Positions 40,037 to 48,789 of a DNA stretch of 64,000 bases are shown here, one piece after another; position 1 is the stretch's first letter; every line of letters begins with the position of its first letter. The position numbers were made by a program, and so were the translations under genes. Origin of the DNA: Pseudomonadota bacterium (GTDB lineage Bacteria > Bdellovibrionota > Bdellovibrionia > Bdellovibrionales > Bdellovibrionaceae). The stretch is from contig JBEGVH010000016.1 of NCBI GenBank assembly GCA_041178425.1, positions 1 through 64,000 on the forward strand, written 5' to 3'. Under the pieces are notes generated by a model. It did no database searches. It had not been told where the DNA came from and saw only the letters and a list, made by a program, of their open reading frames with translations.

Positions 40037-40348
40037 TTATTCGCCAAGCATTAAATGTTCATCAACCATTCGATCCGCGATAGCCTCGGAATCTATTTTA
40101 TATTTCCCTTCGTCGATCAGTTTTTGAAACTTAGCGACTTTATCCATATCTACATCAGGTGCGGCCATTGCTAGCTCTTTAATTTTCTTCATGTCTTGAG
40201 CACGCTGAGAGATATCTACTTTTGCAGCAGATGCTAGTTCATCGGGCCGCGATCCAACACCAGGAGTCTTTTTTCCTTTAATATCAATCTTGTCTATTTT
40301 CGCATTATCGAGTCCCGTAACATTGACCGGTGAGTTTTGAACCTTCAT
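40037..40348 (-). CDS. flgM: Anti-sigma28 factor
   Basis: Motifs VDIS and DKVAKFQKLIDEGKYKIDSEAIADRM. Confidence 0.9.
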   Translation of the reverse strand: MKVQNSPVNVTGLDNAKIDKIDIKGKKTPGVGSRPDELASAAKVDISQRAQDMKKIKELAMAAPDVDMDKVAKFQKLIDEGKYKIDSEAIADRMVDEHLMLGE

Positions 40349-40525
40349 GGCACCCTCCTGTGATGTGAGGCCATTCGACCTCTTTTTTCAGTGTATCAAA
40401 GTTAGACACTTTTGGCTTCTTTCGTACGACTTTTTTTTATTAGCTAGCCTAAAATCGAGTTTAATGGGTTTCTAAAACGCAGCGCTTAAAAAGTCCGGCA
40501 ATAGAAGCACGCCACTTCTGTCGGT

Positions 40526-40541
40526 TGCTAGATTTATGCCA
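40526..40541 (-). promoter_or_regulatory. Possible sigma54 promoter upstream of flgM
   Basis: TGGCAT-AAATC-TAGCA on the minus strand, with one mismatch in the -12 element. Confidence 0.45.
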
Positions 40542-40555
40542 AAGGAATTTTGAAC

Positions 40556-41074
40556 TTAAAAGTTGAATCCAAACTGGAGCAGACCAGGCCCTGCAAACAA
40601 GTAAGAGAGATAAAAATCGAATGTATCTCCCATAATGAAGAAGCCCAAACCGGAGTAACTACTGCCAAGAGCGCCCGACAACTTAAGATGGGGACCAGAT
40701 TGCACTGCAAGTCCCGCAAAAGATCCCACTTGTATATAAGGACGAATATTAGCTTGCCCCAAAATATATTTCACGTTGATTGCACCTGCCATATCTAAAT
40801 TAGCATGACTGCTGCTCGCGTTGCTAAAATAGCATCTTATCGAGCCATTACTGCCGGGTGTGCAATCTTCAGACTCTGTTGAATTTAAATAGCCCATCCC
40901 AAACTCAAAGGCCCACCGATACCACAATCGAGTAAAATTTAAACCGATGGCTGCATTGGGTGGATTATGGTAACCCATGCCCCAATACCAACCTGGCGGA
41001 CCAGCCAACGCTGTATTTGAAATCAGATAACTCATCAAAACAGAAATAGCTAAAACTCTTCTTACTGGCCACAT
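40556..41074 (-). CDS. Putative small outer-membrane beta-barrel protein
   Basis: Signal peptide ending ALA, amphipathic strands (RPYIQVG), and C-terminal QFGFNF beta-signal. Confidence 0.6.
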   Translation of the reverse strand: MWPVRRVLAISVLMSYLISNTALAGPPGWYWGMGYHNPPNAAIGLNFTRLWYRWAFEFGMGYLNSTESEDCTPGSNGSIRCYFSNASSSHANLDMAGAINVKYILGQANIRPYIQVGSFAGLAVQSGPHLKLSGALGSSYSGLGFFIMGDTFDFYLSYLFAGPGLLQFGFNF

Positions 41075-41076
41075 AA

Positions 41077-41724
41077 CTATTCTTTCTCTTCCATTTTCCA
41101 TAAAAACTGTTTGGCATCGGGAGCAAGAACTCCAAGATTTTCTCCTGCTGAAATCTTGTCTCCTATTTGTCGGTCAGAGAACTGAAAGTTTCCAATAAGC
41201 AAAGACTTTACACCTTGATGATCTAACTTTGCGACTTCAAGACCATTTTCGAGTTTGAAGCTCCCAAGCCACTGAGCATCCCACGGACTCTGAATCGGAG
41301 TTGGCTTTCCCTCATTCGACTGAATCTTATCAAATTGAATAGCCTTGTTACGCTCCTGAACCTGCCCCATCCAGAGGTCTTTTTGACTCAGTGGTAAAGG
41401 CCCCATTGGCTTTTCTTTTGGAACTCTGATGCCAAGACGATCTCCGTATCGATCAACTAACTGATCGTAGATCATTTTACCGAGCCCGATCCCCCCCTTG
41501 TCGCCCCACTGTTCGACATACTGCTGATCGAGCTGCTCGCGATAGTATTTTTCAGCAAAACCAGATGGCATGAACTCGCTCTCATTCACCGTGGCTCGCA
41601 TTTGTTTTACCATTTCGCGAAGAAATTGCTTTTCATAGAGAGAAGCAACATCCTTCAGCTGCTTTTCTGCAGCTGAAGGTTCCATGATTCGACTGGGCGG
41701 ATTGGATTTAATGTTGATTCCCAT
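41077..41724 (-). CDS. flgJ: FlgJ-type rod-binding protein lacking the glucosaminidase domain
   Basis: Rod-binding motif LKDVASLYEKQFLREMVKQMRAT...GIGLGKMIYDQL. Follows flgI. Confidence 0.8.
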   Translation of the reverse strand: MGINIKSNPPSRIMEPSAAEKQLKDVASLYEKQFLREMVKQMRATVNESEFMPSGFAEKYYREQLDQQYVEQWGDKGGIGLGKMIYDQLVDRYGDRLGIRVPKEKPMGPLPLSQKDLWMGQVQERNKAIQFDKIQSNEGKPTPIQSPWDAQWLGSFKLENGLEVAKLDHQGVKSLLIGNFQFSDRQIGDKISAGENLGVLAPDAKQFLWKMEEKE

Positions 41725-41734
41725 ATTTTAAAGA

Positions 41735-41940
41735 AGAAAAAAGTGGGGAGGTTAAGTTTGAATCGCGTGCATCCTGCACTGACTCTTTAAGCTTCGGCCT
41801 ATTATCACCATTCCTTGGTGTGCTGACCTTGTGCCCTTGTTTCCTGCAAAGAAACGTTTTTTTTACTCTTGACCATCCATGGTTCGAGATTCTTACTCAC
41901 CCTCCCCGAACCTTAAACACATCCATGTGTCTAAGGCTTA
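41735..41940 (-). ncRNA. Candidate CsrB/RsmZ-like CsrA-binding RNA (sRNA or structured flgJ leader)
   Basis: Five hairpins with AUGGAU, AGGAA or AGGAU loops, a closing helix GGGGAGG/CCUCCCC, and a terminal U-tract. No ORF of 60 aa or more. Ends are approximate. Confidence 0.72.
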
Positions 41941-41996
41941 AAAACAAACTTATAAATTTAGTGTAATAAAAAATGTAAAAATCTTATACATATTTC

Positions 41997-43028
41997 TCAT
42001 AAAATCTGTAATTCCCCGTGCAAAGCTCCAGCTGCCTTTATGGACTGAAGTATAGTTATCAGGTCTTTTGGAGAGATTCCGAGCTTATTTAAGCCCTGGA
42101 CTAGCTCCCCAACACTAATCGATCCACCAATAATCGCCATTTTTTCTTCTGCCGCCGACTTGTCTTTTTTGCCATCCGCGCTAGGTACTTTAATCGAAAT
42201 TGATCCGTGACTTAAGACAACTCTTGAAATTTTCACTTTGTCACCAATGACAACAGTACCAGTCTTTTCATTGATAACAACTTTGGCTTGAGAATCAGGA
42301 TTTACCTCAATCGATTCTATATTAGCTAGAAAATCAACGCCTCTCCCCTCGAAAGAAGGCGGAACTATAATATCGATCGTGGCTGGATCTTTTGCTGAGG
42401 CATACAGACCTCCCAATTCTTTGTTGATCGTCAGTACAGCCCTTGTCGCGGTTGTGAAATCAGGATTATTAAGCGTCAAACGAAACATTTTTTTTGAATT
42501 AAAATCACTTGAAATATCTTTTTCAATCATTGCCCCATTGGGAACCCGGCCCACGGTTGTATGAGCTTCTTTTTCGGCCCCAATAAAAACAGGCCCTTGT
42601 GCCACACCATAAACTTCTTCATTGGCGGCTCGCATCGGTGTCATAAGAAGAGTTCCCCCTTGTAAACTGGAGGCACTTCCGATTGAATTCACCATCACAT
42701 CAATAGTATTTCCTGCTTTTCCAAAAGCCGGCAAGGTCGCCGTAACCACAACAGCAGCGACGTTTTTACTTTCAAGATCTTGATTCTCAAGTTTCAATCC
42801 TAATTTATCAAGCATTCTAACAAAGCTTTTTTTTGTGAACTCATCCTTGGCATCTCCAGTACCCTTAAGACCTATCACTAGGCCATAACCAATGAGCTGG
42901 TTTTCTCTAACACCTCGAATATTCGCGATATCTTTGAGACGTGAAGCCAAACACCATTCTGAACTCAGCAAAATTAATAGAGAGGCTAAAATAAATCTTA
43001 TCTTTACTGATCTTTGGTCTAGTCTCAT
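41997..43028 (-). CDS. flgI: Flagellar P-ring protein
   Basis: Motifs RENQLIGYGLVIGLKGTGD, NVAAVVVTA, NEKTGTVV and KAAGALHGEL. Confidence 0.96.
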   Translation of the reverse strand: MRLDQRSVKIRFILASLLILLSSEWCLASRLKDIANIRGVRENQLIGYGLVIGLKGTGDAKDEFTKKSFVRMLDKLGLKLENQDLESKNVAAVVVTATLPAFGKAGNTIDVMVNSIGSASSLQGGTLLMTPMRAANEEVYGVAQGPVFIGAEKEAHTTVGRVPNGAMIEKDISSDFNSKKMFRLTLNNPDFTTATRAVLTINKELGGLYASAKDPATIDIIVPPSFEGRGVDFLANIESIEVNPDSQAKVVINEKTGTVVIGDKVKISRVVLSHGSISIKVPSADGKKDKSAAEEKMAIIGGSISVGELVQGLNKLGISPKDLITILQSIKAAGALHGELQIL

Positions 43029-43843
43029 TGAAGACTCCTTCTGAGGCTCACGACGTCAATTTGCGGATCTAGTAGTTTGTTAGAGCTAATTCCTTCGTCA
43101 GAGAAATCTTCTGGGCGAACCAAGCCAGTCACGATCACGCGAAATTCTTTTTTACCAATCATGAAGGATTGCTGTCCTTTTACCCGATAATTTCCATCAC
43201 CCATTCTTTCGGAGACGCGAGTAGGAACTGTTTCGAGATTGATCGGAATATCGGCTTCCTCGGACGGATCGGCTTGTTTACTAACGACTCCCGAACCCGT
43301 TGAGGGAGCATTGGCTGGCGGAATTGCTTTTTCACCATTACCTTGATTAGGCTGAGGACTGGTAGCCTCAGAAGCGGGATCTCGAGGAGAATTTGCTGCC
43401 AAAGGTGCACCGCTAGCACTCCCCGGCTGGGGCGCAACTATATCTAGTCTTGCCAGTAACTTCTTGATCACCTGGATCTTAGAATCAATTTGTGTTTTAG
43501 CATTGCCTTCCATTTTAACAGTCAAGAGGTCACCCTCTCGATGCAATTTATTTTGCGTAAACAAATAAGATGAAGGCCCCTCTGTATTCCATAAAGACCC
43601 AGCCCGACTTCCAACGTCACTCTCCTCTTCAAGAGACTTTCTTGTCATCCGACGGTATCGCCTTTCATTAAAAGCCCCAATATTTGGATTTTCCGAAAAT
43701 CGAACGGGATCTTTTTTTATCGCTTCAACAGGTTGCCGACTTGCATTGTCTGGTGGATTTGGACTGGTATCGAACATTGGCCCCAAGGTTTCACAACCCA
43801 TCAACAAAAACGATATACCTATAAGAGCGTAAAGGTAATTCAT
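43025..43843 (-). CDS. flgH: Flagellar L-ring lipoprotein
   Basis: Lipobox LMGC, GSLW, GDLLTV and TGLVRPED. Confidence 0.82.
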   Translation of the reverse strand: MNYLYALIGISFLLMGCETLGPMFDTSPNPPDNASRQPVEAIKKDPVRFSENPNIGAFNERRYRRMTRKSLEEESDVGSRAGSLWNTEGPSSYLFTQNKLHREGDLLTVKMEGNAKTQIDSKIQVIKKLLARLDIVAPQPGSASGAPLAANSPRDPASEATSPQPNQGNGEKAIPPANAPSTGSGVVSKQADPSEEADIPINLETVPTRVSERMGDGNYRVKGQQSFMIGKKEFRVIVTGLVRPEDFSDEGISSNKLLDPQIDVVSLRRSLQ

Positions 43844-44781
43844 CACTGTACCTCCACCAATCCTTTACCAGAAATGACTCCAGAAAAGGTTTTTTGAGTC
43901 TCCATATTTTTTATTTTTATATTATCACCGATAGATCCATTTTGCTCGGCCACCCCACTAGCCGACAGCAAAAAACTATCACTTTTATAGTGCACCTGAA
44001 CAACCTGCCCCTTTTCGACCAGGCTTTCCTTTTTTAGCTGTCGATATTGGATAGGCTCACCTGCTCCCAGGGGGAAAGATAATGTTCGACCTATGATTTC
44101 TTCCATTTTCGGAACGAACCCTTGATTCAAGGTAACATCCTTTTTGGCCAAAACGAGGTCTTTCGAATCAATCCTTTGATTAGCCGTTAATGGTCGACTT
44201 AAAACCGGCAACTCTTGGAAGATTCGAAACTCGCCGTTAACACTAAAGTTTTTATCATCAGCGGTTATGAGCATTCTAAATTGATTGATTCCATCAACTC
44301 GAAAGGAACCCCATTTAACAGAGTTATTTTTCTCACATTCTAGTCTTGGAACTTGCACCCTTACAATTTCATGAATTTTATCTTCAAACTGACTCAGAAA
44401 TTGCTGCTCGAGCCATGGAAAAACTGTTTCAGGGGTTAGAAATTTCTCCCGTGTAAAGGTAATCCGAGAGGGAATCCTAAGCTCAACGTTCGAAAGACAG
44501 AGTGACCGCGATTTTTTTAGCAGGTCTACTATGCGTTCTTGGGTTAGCTCAATGATTTGAGCTGATTTAATAATCTCACTGTCGGAAAAATCAAGAGGAC
44601 TCACTGAATCTAAACAATCAGCTTCTTTCGGAGATAGGCCCGACATAACAGACTGCCAGGAGATAGAATGGCCACAGAGACGAACAGCTTTGCTTGAAAA
44701 GAAAACAGCACGCTCATCATCGGCATGAACAGCCTCAGTAAAAATCATCATACTTAAGATGAGAACCAAAAATCTATTCAT
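43843..44781 (-). CDS. flgA: P-ring assembly chaperone
   Basis: C-terminal SAF-like region LVEKGQVV...G.IGDNIKIKN, and gene position. Confidence 0.85.
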   Translation of the reverse strand: MNRFLVLILSMMIFTEAVHADDERAVFFSSKAVRLCGHSISWQSVMSGLSPKEADCLDSVSPLDFSDSEIIKSAQIIELTQERIVDLLKKSRSLCLSNVELRIPSRITFTREKFLTPETVFPWLEQQFLSQFEDKIHEIVRVQVPRLECEKNNSVKWGSFRVDGINQFRMLITADDKNFSVNGEFRIFQELPVLSRPLTANQRIDSKDLVLAKKDVTLNQGFVPKMEEIIGRTLSFPLGAGEPIQYRQLKKESLVEKGQVVQVHYKSDSFLLSASGVAEQNGSIGDNIKIKNMETQKTFSGVISGKGLVEVQ

Positions 44782-44786
44782 TCTTA

Positions 44787-45572
44787 TTACCTCAGATTAT
44801 TAATCGATTGAAGCATTTGATCAGCCGATTGAATGACCTTAGAATTGGTTTCATAAGCTCTTTGAGCGGTAATCATGTTAACCATTTCGTCAACAATATT
44901 CACGTTACTTCCCTCTAACTGACCCTGAGCTAAAAAGCCCGATCCATTAAGGCCAGGACGCGTCGTTGTGGGTGCACCACTTGCTCCTGTCTGTAAAAAT
45001 AAATTTTTACCTGCGGCACTTAAACCCGAAGGGTTCACAAATGTGACTATATCTATTTGTCCTATTTGCGCTGGTGGGCTATTTACATCCTGCAGAACGA
45101 GAACCTCACCTGCCGAAGAAATCTCAACACCTCGAGCCGTTGTTGGAATAGTAATTTCTGGCTGAAGGGCGTTTCCGTTTTTATCCACAATCTTTCCGTT
45201 TGCATCTTTTTTGAATGAGCCGTCACGTGTGTAGGCAATTTGTCCATCGGGAGTCATGACCTGAAAAAAACCAGAGCCTTCGATCTGTAAATCGAGAGTC
45301 CCTTTGGTGATAATTGCTGTACCCTCATCAAAGGTTTTCTGAATGGCGGCAGTTCTCACACCTAGGCCCGTCTGAACCCCTGTGGGTGAGACGGCATTCA
45401 TGCCAGTCGCCGCGCCTGGTTCTTTGAGAGTGTGATACATAAGGTCTTCGAACTCCGCGCGCGATTTTTTAAATCCTGATGTATTTACGTTTGCAAGATT
45501 GTTGGCAATAACGTCGAGATTCGTTTGTTGCGCCTGCATTCCAGTCGCAGCTGTCGTTAAACTTTTAATCAT
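44787..45572 (-). CDS. flgG: Distal rod protein
   Basis: Motifs ANNLANVNTSGFK..RAEFEDL and SNVNIVDEMVNMITAQRAYE. Confidence 0.96.
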   Translation of the reverse strand: MIKSLTTAATGMQAQQTNLDVIANNLANVNTSGFKKSRAEFEDLMYHTLKEPGAATGMNAVSPTGVQTGLGVRTAAIQKTFDEGTAIITKGTLDLQIEGSGFFQVMTPDGQIAYTRDGSFKKDANGKIVDKNGNALQPEITIPTTARGVEISSAGEVLVLQDVNSPPAQIGQIDIVTFVNPSGLSAAGKNLFLQTGASGAPTTTRPGLNGSGFLAQGQLEGSNVNIVDEMVNMITAQRAYETNSKVIQSADQMLQSINNLR

Positions 45573-45609
45573 AATTTCAAATCCCCCTATTTATGAACAA
45601 CAAAAGCAC

Positions 45610-46425
45610 CTAGTTAGATCGTGGCACCACGTTAACTAACTTATCAGCCATTGAATCGTAAGCTTGGATTGCTTTTTGCGAGCTCTCAAATAAGCGCGTA
45701 GCACTTATCATATCTGTCATCTCCTGAATGATATTGACATTACTGGTCTCGACAAAGCCCTGCCGAAGTTGCGGATTAACCACGTTGGTTAATTGTGGGT
45801 TCATGTTTTCTTTTAAACCAAAAACAGAATTTCCTTCTTTTTGAAGAGAATCTGGATCTAACAGGTCAATCACTGAAATTTGCGCAGCAACCTCACCATC
45901 AAATAAGATCTCTCCATTTTCGTTAACATTTAACTTCGCACCCACTGGAATTTTGATGACCCTTTGATCGGGAGTAACACCAGGCTCAGCTCTTTTTAGA
46001 ACAGGCCAACCTTCTTTGTTTACTAACTGCCCTTGTCCATCAATTGAAAATGAACCATTTCGGGTAAACTTCACTCCTCGCGGAGAAGCAATTTCAAAAA
46101 AACCTTTTCCATCAAGTGCTAAGTCGAGAGCGTTGCCGGTTGCTTTTAATCCACCTTGCGAAAAATCAGAATAGGTTCCTGCTGAATCGACAAAGCTTTT
46201 GTCGCCACCTTGCATGTCGTAAAAACTTTCAATCGACGCAGGAACTTTAGGTGTTTGTATTACAGACGGTGGTTTTTCATTTGCGGTTAAGTACTCTTTA
46301 AATATTTGGGTGTCTTTCTTAAAACCAGGAGTATTTACGTTAGCCAGATTGTTGGCCACAGTTTCTAGTCTAAGGTTCTGTGCCATGGCACCACTCACAG
46401 CAGTATACAATCCTTTAATACTCAT
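45610..46425 (-). CDS. flgF: Proximal rod protein
   Basis: Motifs ANNLANVNTPGFK, FTRNGSF and ETSNVN. Upstream of flgG. Confidence 0.88.
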   Translation of the reverse strand: MSIKGLYTAVSGAMAQNLRLETVANNLANVNTPGFKKDTQIFKEYLTANEKPPSVIQTPKVPASIESFYDMQGGDKSFVDSAGTYSDFSQGGLKATGNALDLALDGKGFFEIASPRGVKFTRNGSFSIDGQGQLVNKEGWPVLKRAEPGVTPDQRVIKIPVGAKLNVNENGEILFDGEVAAQISVIDLLDPDSLQKEGNSVFGLKENMNPQLTNVVNPQLRQGFVETSNVNIIQEMTDMISATRLFESSQKAIQAYDSMADKLVNVVPRSN

Positions 46426-46450
46426 ATTTCCCTCTTACCGAAAAGAGAGA

Positions 46451-46466
46451 AGCAACTTCAATGCCA
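46451..46466 (-). promoter_or_regulatory. sigma54 (-24/-12) promoter of the flgF operon
   Basis: TGGCAT-TGAAG-TTGCT on the minus strand, 25 nt upstream of the flgF ATG. Confidence 0.75.
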
Positions 46467-46666
46467 TCTTTAATGCTAGACTTTAGGCTCGGGCGTGAAT
46501 TCTGAACGTGGATGTTTTTGGACGATGGTAATAAAAAGACTTTCAATGGCGTCAATATCTGCACATGGATCCGTCAAAATAATTGAATCGCTTGTCTTTG
46601 GTCTGCCTGCTAAAAACCAACAATAAATCGCTCGACGAGTTTTCATTTTGTGAAGATACTGATTCT

Positions 46667-47596
46667 ATGAAAAAAGCCCTCATTTGGACGATCAATATAA
46701 TGATGAGTACCGCACACTGTCTGCCGAATACGGCAATAAAAAAGCCTGAGGCTTCTTTGAGTACCAAGACGATGATCTCAGATGCCTCAGCACCGTTGAT
46801 ATTTGATATTCCGGTTACCTACAACAGCCAAGTCAGTCGTTGGATTAAGACCTACCAAACGGGTGGCCAGAATATGTTTAAGCGATGGCTCGAACGGTCT
46901 TACAAATACTTTCCGATGATAAAAAAAGAACTCGAGAGAAATAACTTACCAAAAGATTTAGCTTATATGGTTATGATTGAGAGCGGATTTGCGCCTCTTG
47001 CGACGAGCCATGCTGAAGCTGTCGGCCCCTGGCAGTTTATAGAGTCTACTGCTAATCGATATGGCCTACAAACTAACTGGTGGCTAGATGAGAGAAGAGA
47101 CTTTCGTAAAAGCACTTTAGCTGCTATCAGCTACATGCGTGATCTCTATGCTGAATTTGGCTCATGGTATCTGGTGGCTGCAAGCTACAACATGGGCGAG
47201 AATGGCTTACGGAGAACTATTCAAAAACACCAAACCAAAGATTACTGGAAGCTCATTCAACTCAAAGCTCTTCCCACGGAAACGGCTGAGTACGTCCCCA
47301 AACTACTAGCGTCGATGTTAGTGGCCAAAGCTCCCAGTCTCTACGGTTTTCGCTCTCTTCGAGCCATGGAACCCATTGATTACCAAATCGTAAACGCCCC
47401 AGGCGGTTCCCAATTAGATGAGCTCGCCGATTATTTGGGGGTCACACGCCAATATCTCAGAGAGATTAATCCGGAGCTCAAGGTTGGATTTATTCCTAAA
47501 GAGATTGCAAACCATCCTATTCACGTACCTAAAGGCTCTTTGAAGCTTGCGAAACAATTTATTTCCAAGAGTGAAAAATCTGTGGCAGTAGAATAA
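46667..47596 (+). CDS. MltD-like lytic transglycosylase
   Basis: Motifs MIESGF, AVGPWQF, DERRD, ASYNMGE and ETAEYVPK, plus a LysM-like C-terminus. Start uncertain. Confidence 0.88.
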   Translation: MKKALIWTINIMMSTAHCLPNTAIKKPEASLSTKTMISDASAPLIFDIPVTYNSQVSRWIKTYQTGGQNMFKRWLERSYKYFPMIKKELERNNLPKDLAYMVMIESGFAPLATSHAEAVGPWQFIESTANRYGLQTNWWLDERRDFRKSTLAAISYMRDLYAEFGSWYLVAASYNMGENGLRRTIQKHQTKDYWKLIQLKALPTETAEYVPKLLASMLVAKAPSLYGFRSLRAMEPIDYQIVNAPGGSQLDELADYLGVTRQYLREINPELKVGFIPKEIANHPIHVPKGSLKLAKQFISKSEKSVAVE

Positions 47597-47598
47597 AC

Positions 47599-48786
47599 AT
47601 GAAAACATTGGTTAAAAAATACGGTGGAGCCACTCTTGCTGATCCAGATAAGATTAAGGCCGTTGCTCAAAGTTTAAATGAGTGCCATCGGCGTGGAGAA
47701 AGGCTCCTCGTTGTTGTCAGCGCCATGGGGCAGACGACAAATAATTTAATTGAGCTTGCTCAAAATGTGAGTGTTCGCCCTAAAAAAAGAGAACTTGATA
47801 TGCTTCTCTCAACCGGCGAACGAATTAGTATGTCACTCCTTAGTATGGCGCTGAATGACCTGCAATGTCCTGCTATTAGTTTTACGGGATCGCAAGCAGG
47901 GGTACTAACTGACGAATCTCACTTAAACGCTTTCATCACTGATGTGAATCCTATTCGAGTTAAAGAAGCGCTTTCAAAAAATCAAATTGTCATTATTGCC
48001 GGATTTCAAGGTGTTTCTCCGAAGACCAAAGAAATCACTACACTTGGACGTGGTGGCTCCGATACGACGGCCGTTGCCATGGCCGCTGCCATTGGTGCGG
48101 ATCACTGCGAAATACTTAAAGACGTGTCTGGCGTTTTTTCTGCCGACCCTAAGATTTGTAAAAAAGCAAAACACATCTGTAGGCTCACATACCAACAAAT
48201 GTTAGAAATGAGCTTTTGGGGGGCCAAGGTCCTACACTACCGATCCGTTGAACTGGCTCATCAGAGAAATGTCCCTATTTATATCGGACCAGCCCATGAC
48301 ACCACTCAAGGAACATGGATCAAAGAAAAGGACGGCAACATGTTTGAGTCAATGAATGTCATTTCTATTAATTCTCATAATGAAATTTTAAAATTAAAAA
48401 TTAAAGAAAAAAGTTTGCCAGAAGGGCTGTCTCATTTACAGTCTCTATTTAGCCAAAAAGAAATTGCTTTCCCACAATTGTTAACTACAGAATCAACACC
48501 AGAAAATGAGAACTTCGTTTATCTTGCCGGTCCAAGCGAAGTCTTGTCGGCGATTAAACGAGAAGCAACAAGTCTCATAGTAAATAATAAATCATTTTCA
48601 ACGGTGACTGCTACTTGCACGGGGGTTTCAACTCCCGAAATAGCAATTAAAATTTCGAGTCAGTTAGCCAAAATCGGAATTCCTATCGAGCGGATTTGGA
48701 TGTCTGGACTTAGCTGCACTGTGCTTGTTAGCCAAGAAATGCGAGAAAAAGCAATAGCGGCCATTCACGAACTCATACCTTCGTAA
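47599..48786 (+). CDS. lysC: Aspartate kinase
   Basis: Motifs KYGG, VVSAMG, TTLGRGGSDTTA and GAKVLH. Confidence 0.92.
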   Translation: MKTLVKKYGGATLADPDKIKAVAQSLNECHRRGERLLVVVSAMGQTTNNLIELAQNVSVRPKKRELDMLLSTGERISMSLLSMALNDLQCPAISFTGSQAGVLTDESHLNAFITDVNPIRVKEALSKNQIVIIAGFQGVSPKTKEITTLGRGGSDTTAVAMAAAIGADHCEILKDVSGVFSADPKICKKAKHICRLTYQQMLEMSFWGAKVLHYRSVELAHQRNVPIYIGPAHDTTQGTWIKEKDGNMFESMNVISINSHNEILKLKIKEKSLPEGLSHLQSLFSQKEIAFPQLLTTESTPENENFVYLAGPSEVLSAIKREATSLIVNNKSFSTVTATCTGVSTPEIAIKISSQLAKIGIPIERIWMSGLSCTVLVSQEMREKAIAAIHELIPS

Positions 48787-48789
48787 GAA

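Noticed and set aside
41745..41936. CRISPR or REP-type interpretation of the repeated ATCC(A/T)T hairpins
   Set aside because: Only the loop motif repeats. The stems differ, spacing is irregular and no cas gene is present.
45181..45189. Perfect TTATCCACA DnaA box
   Set aside because: A single copy inside flgG, explained by the codons for IVDK.
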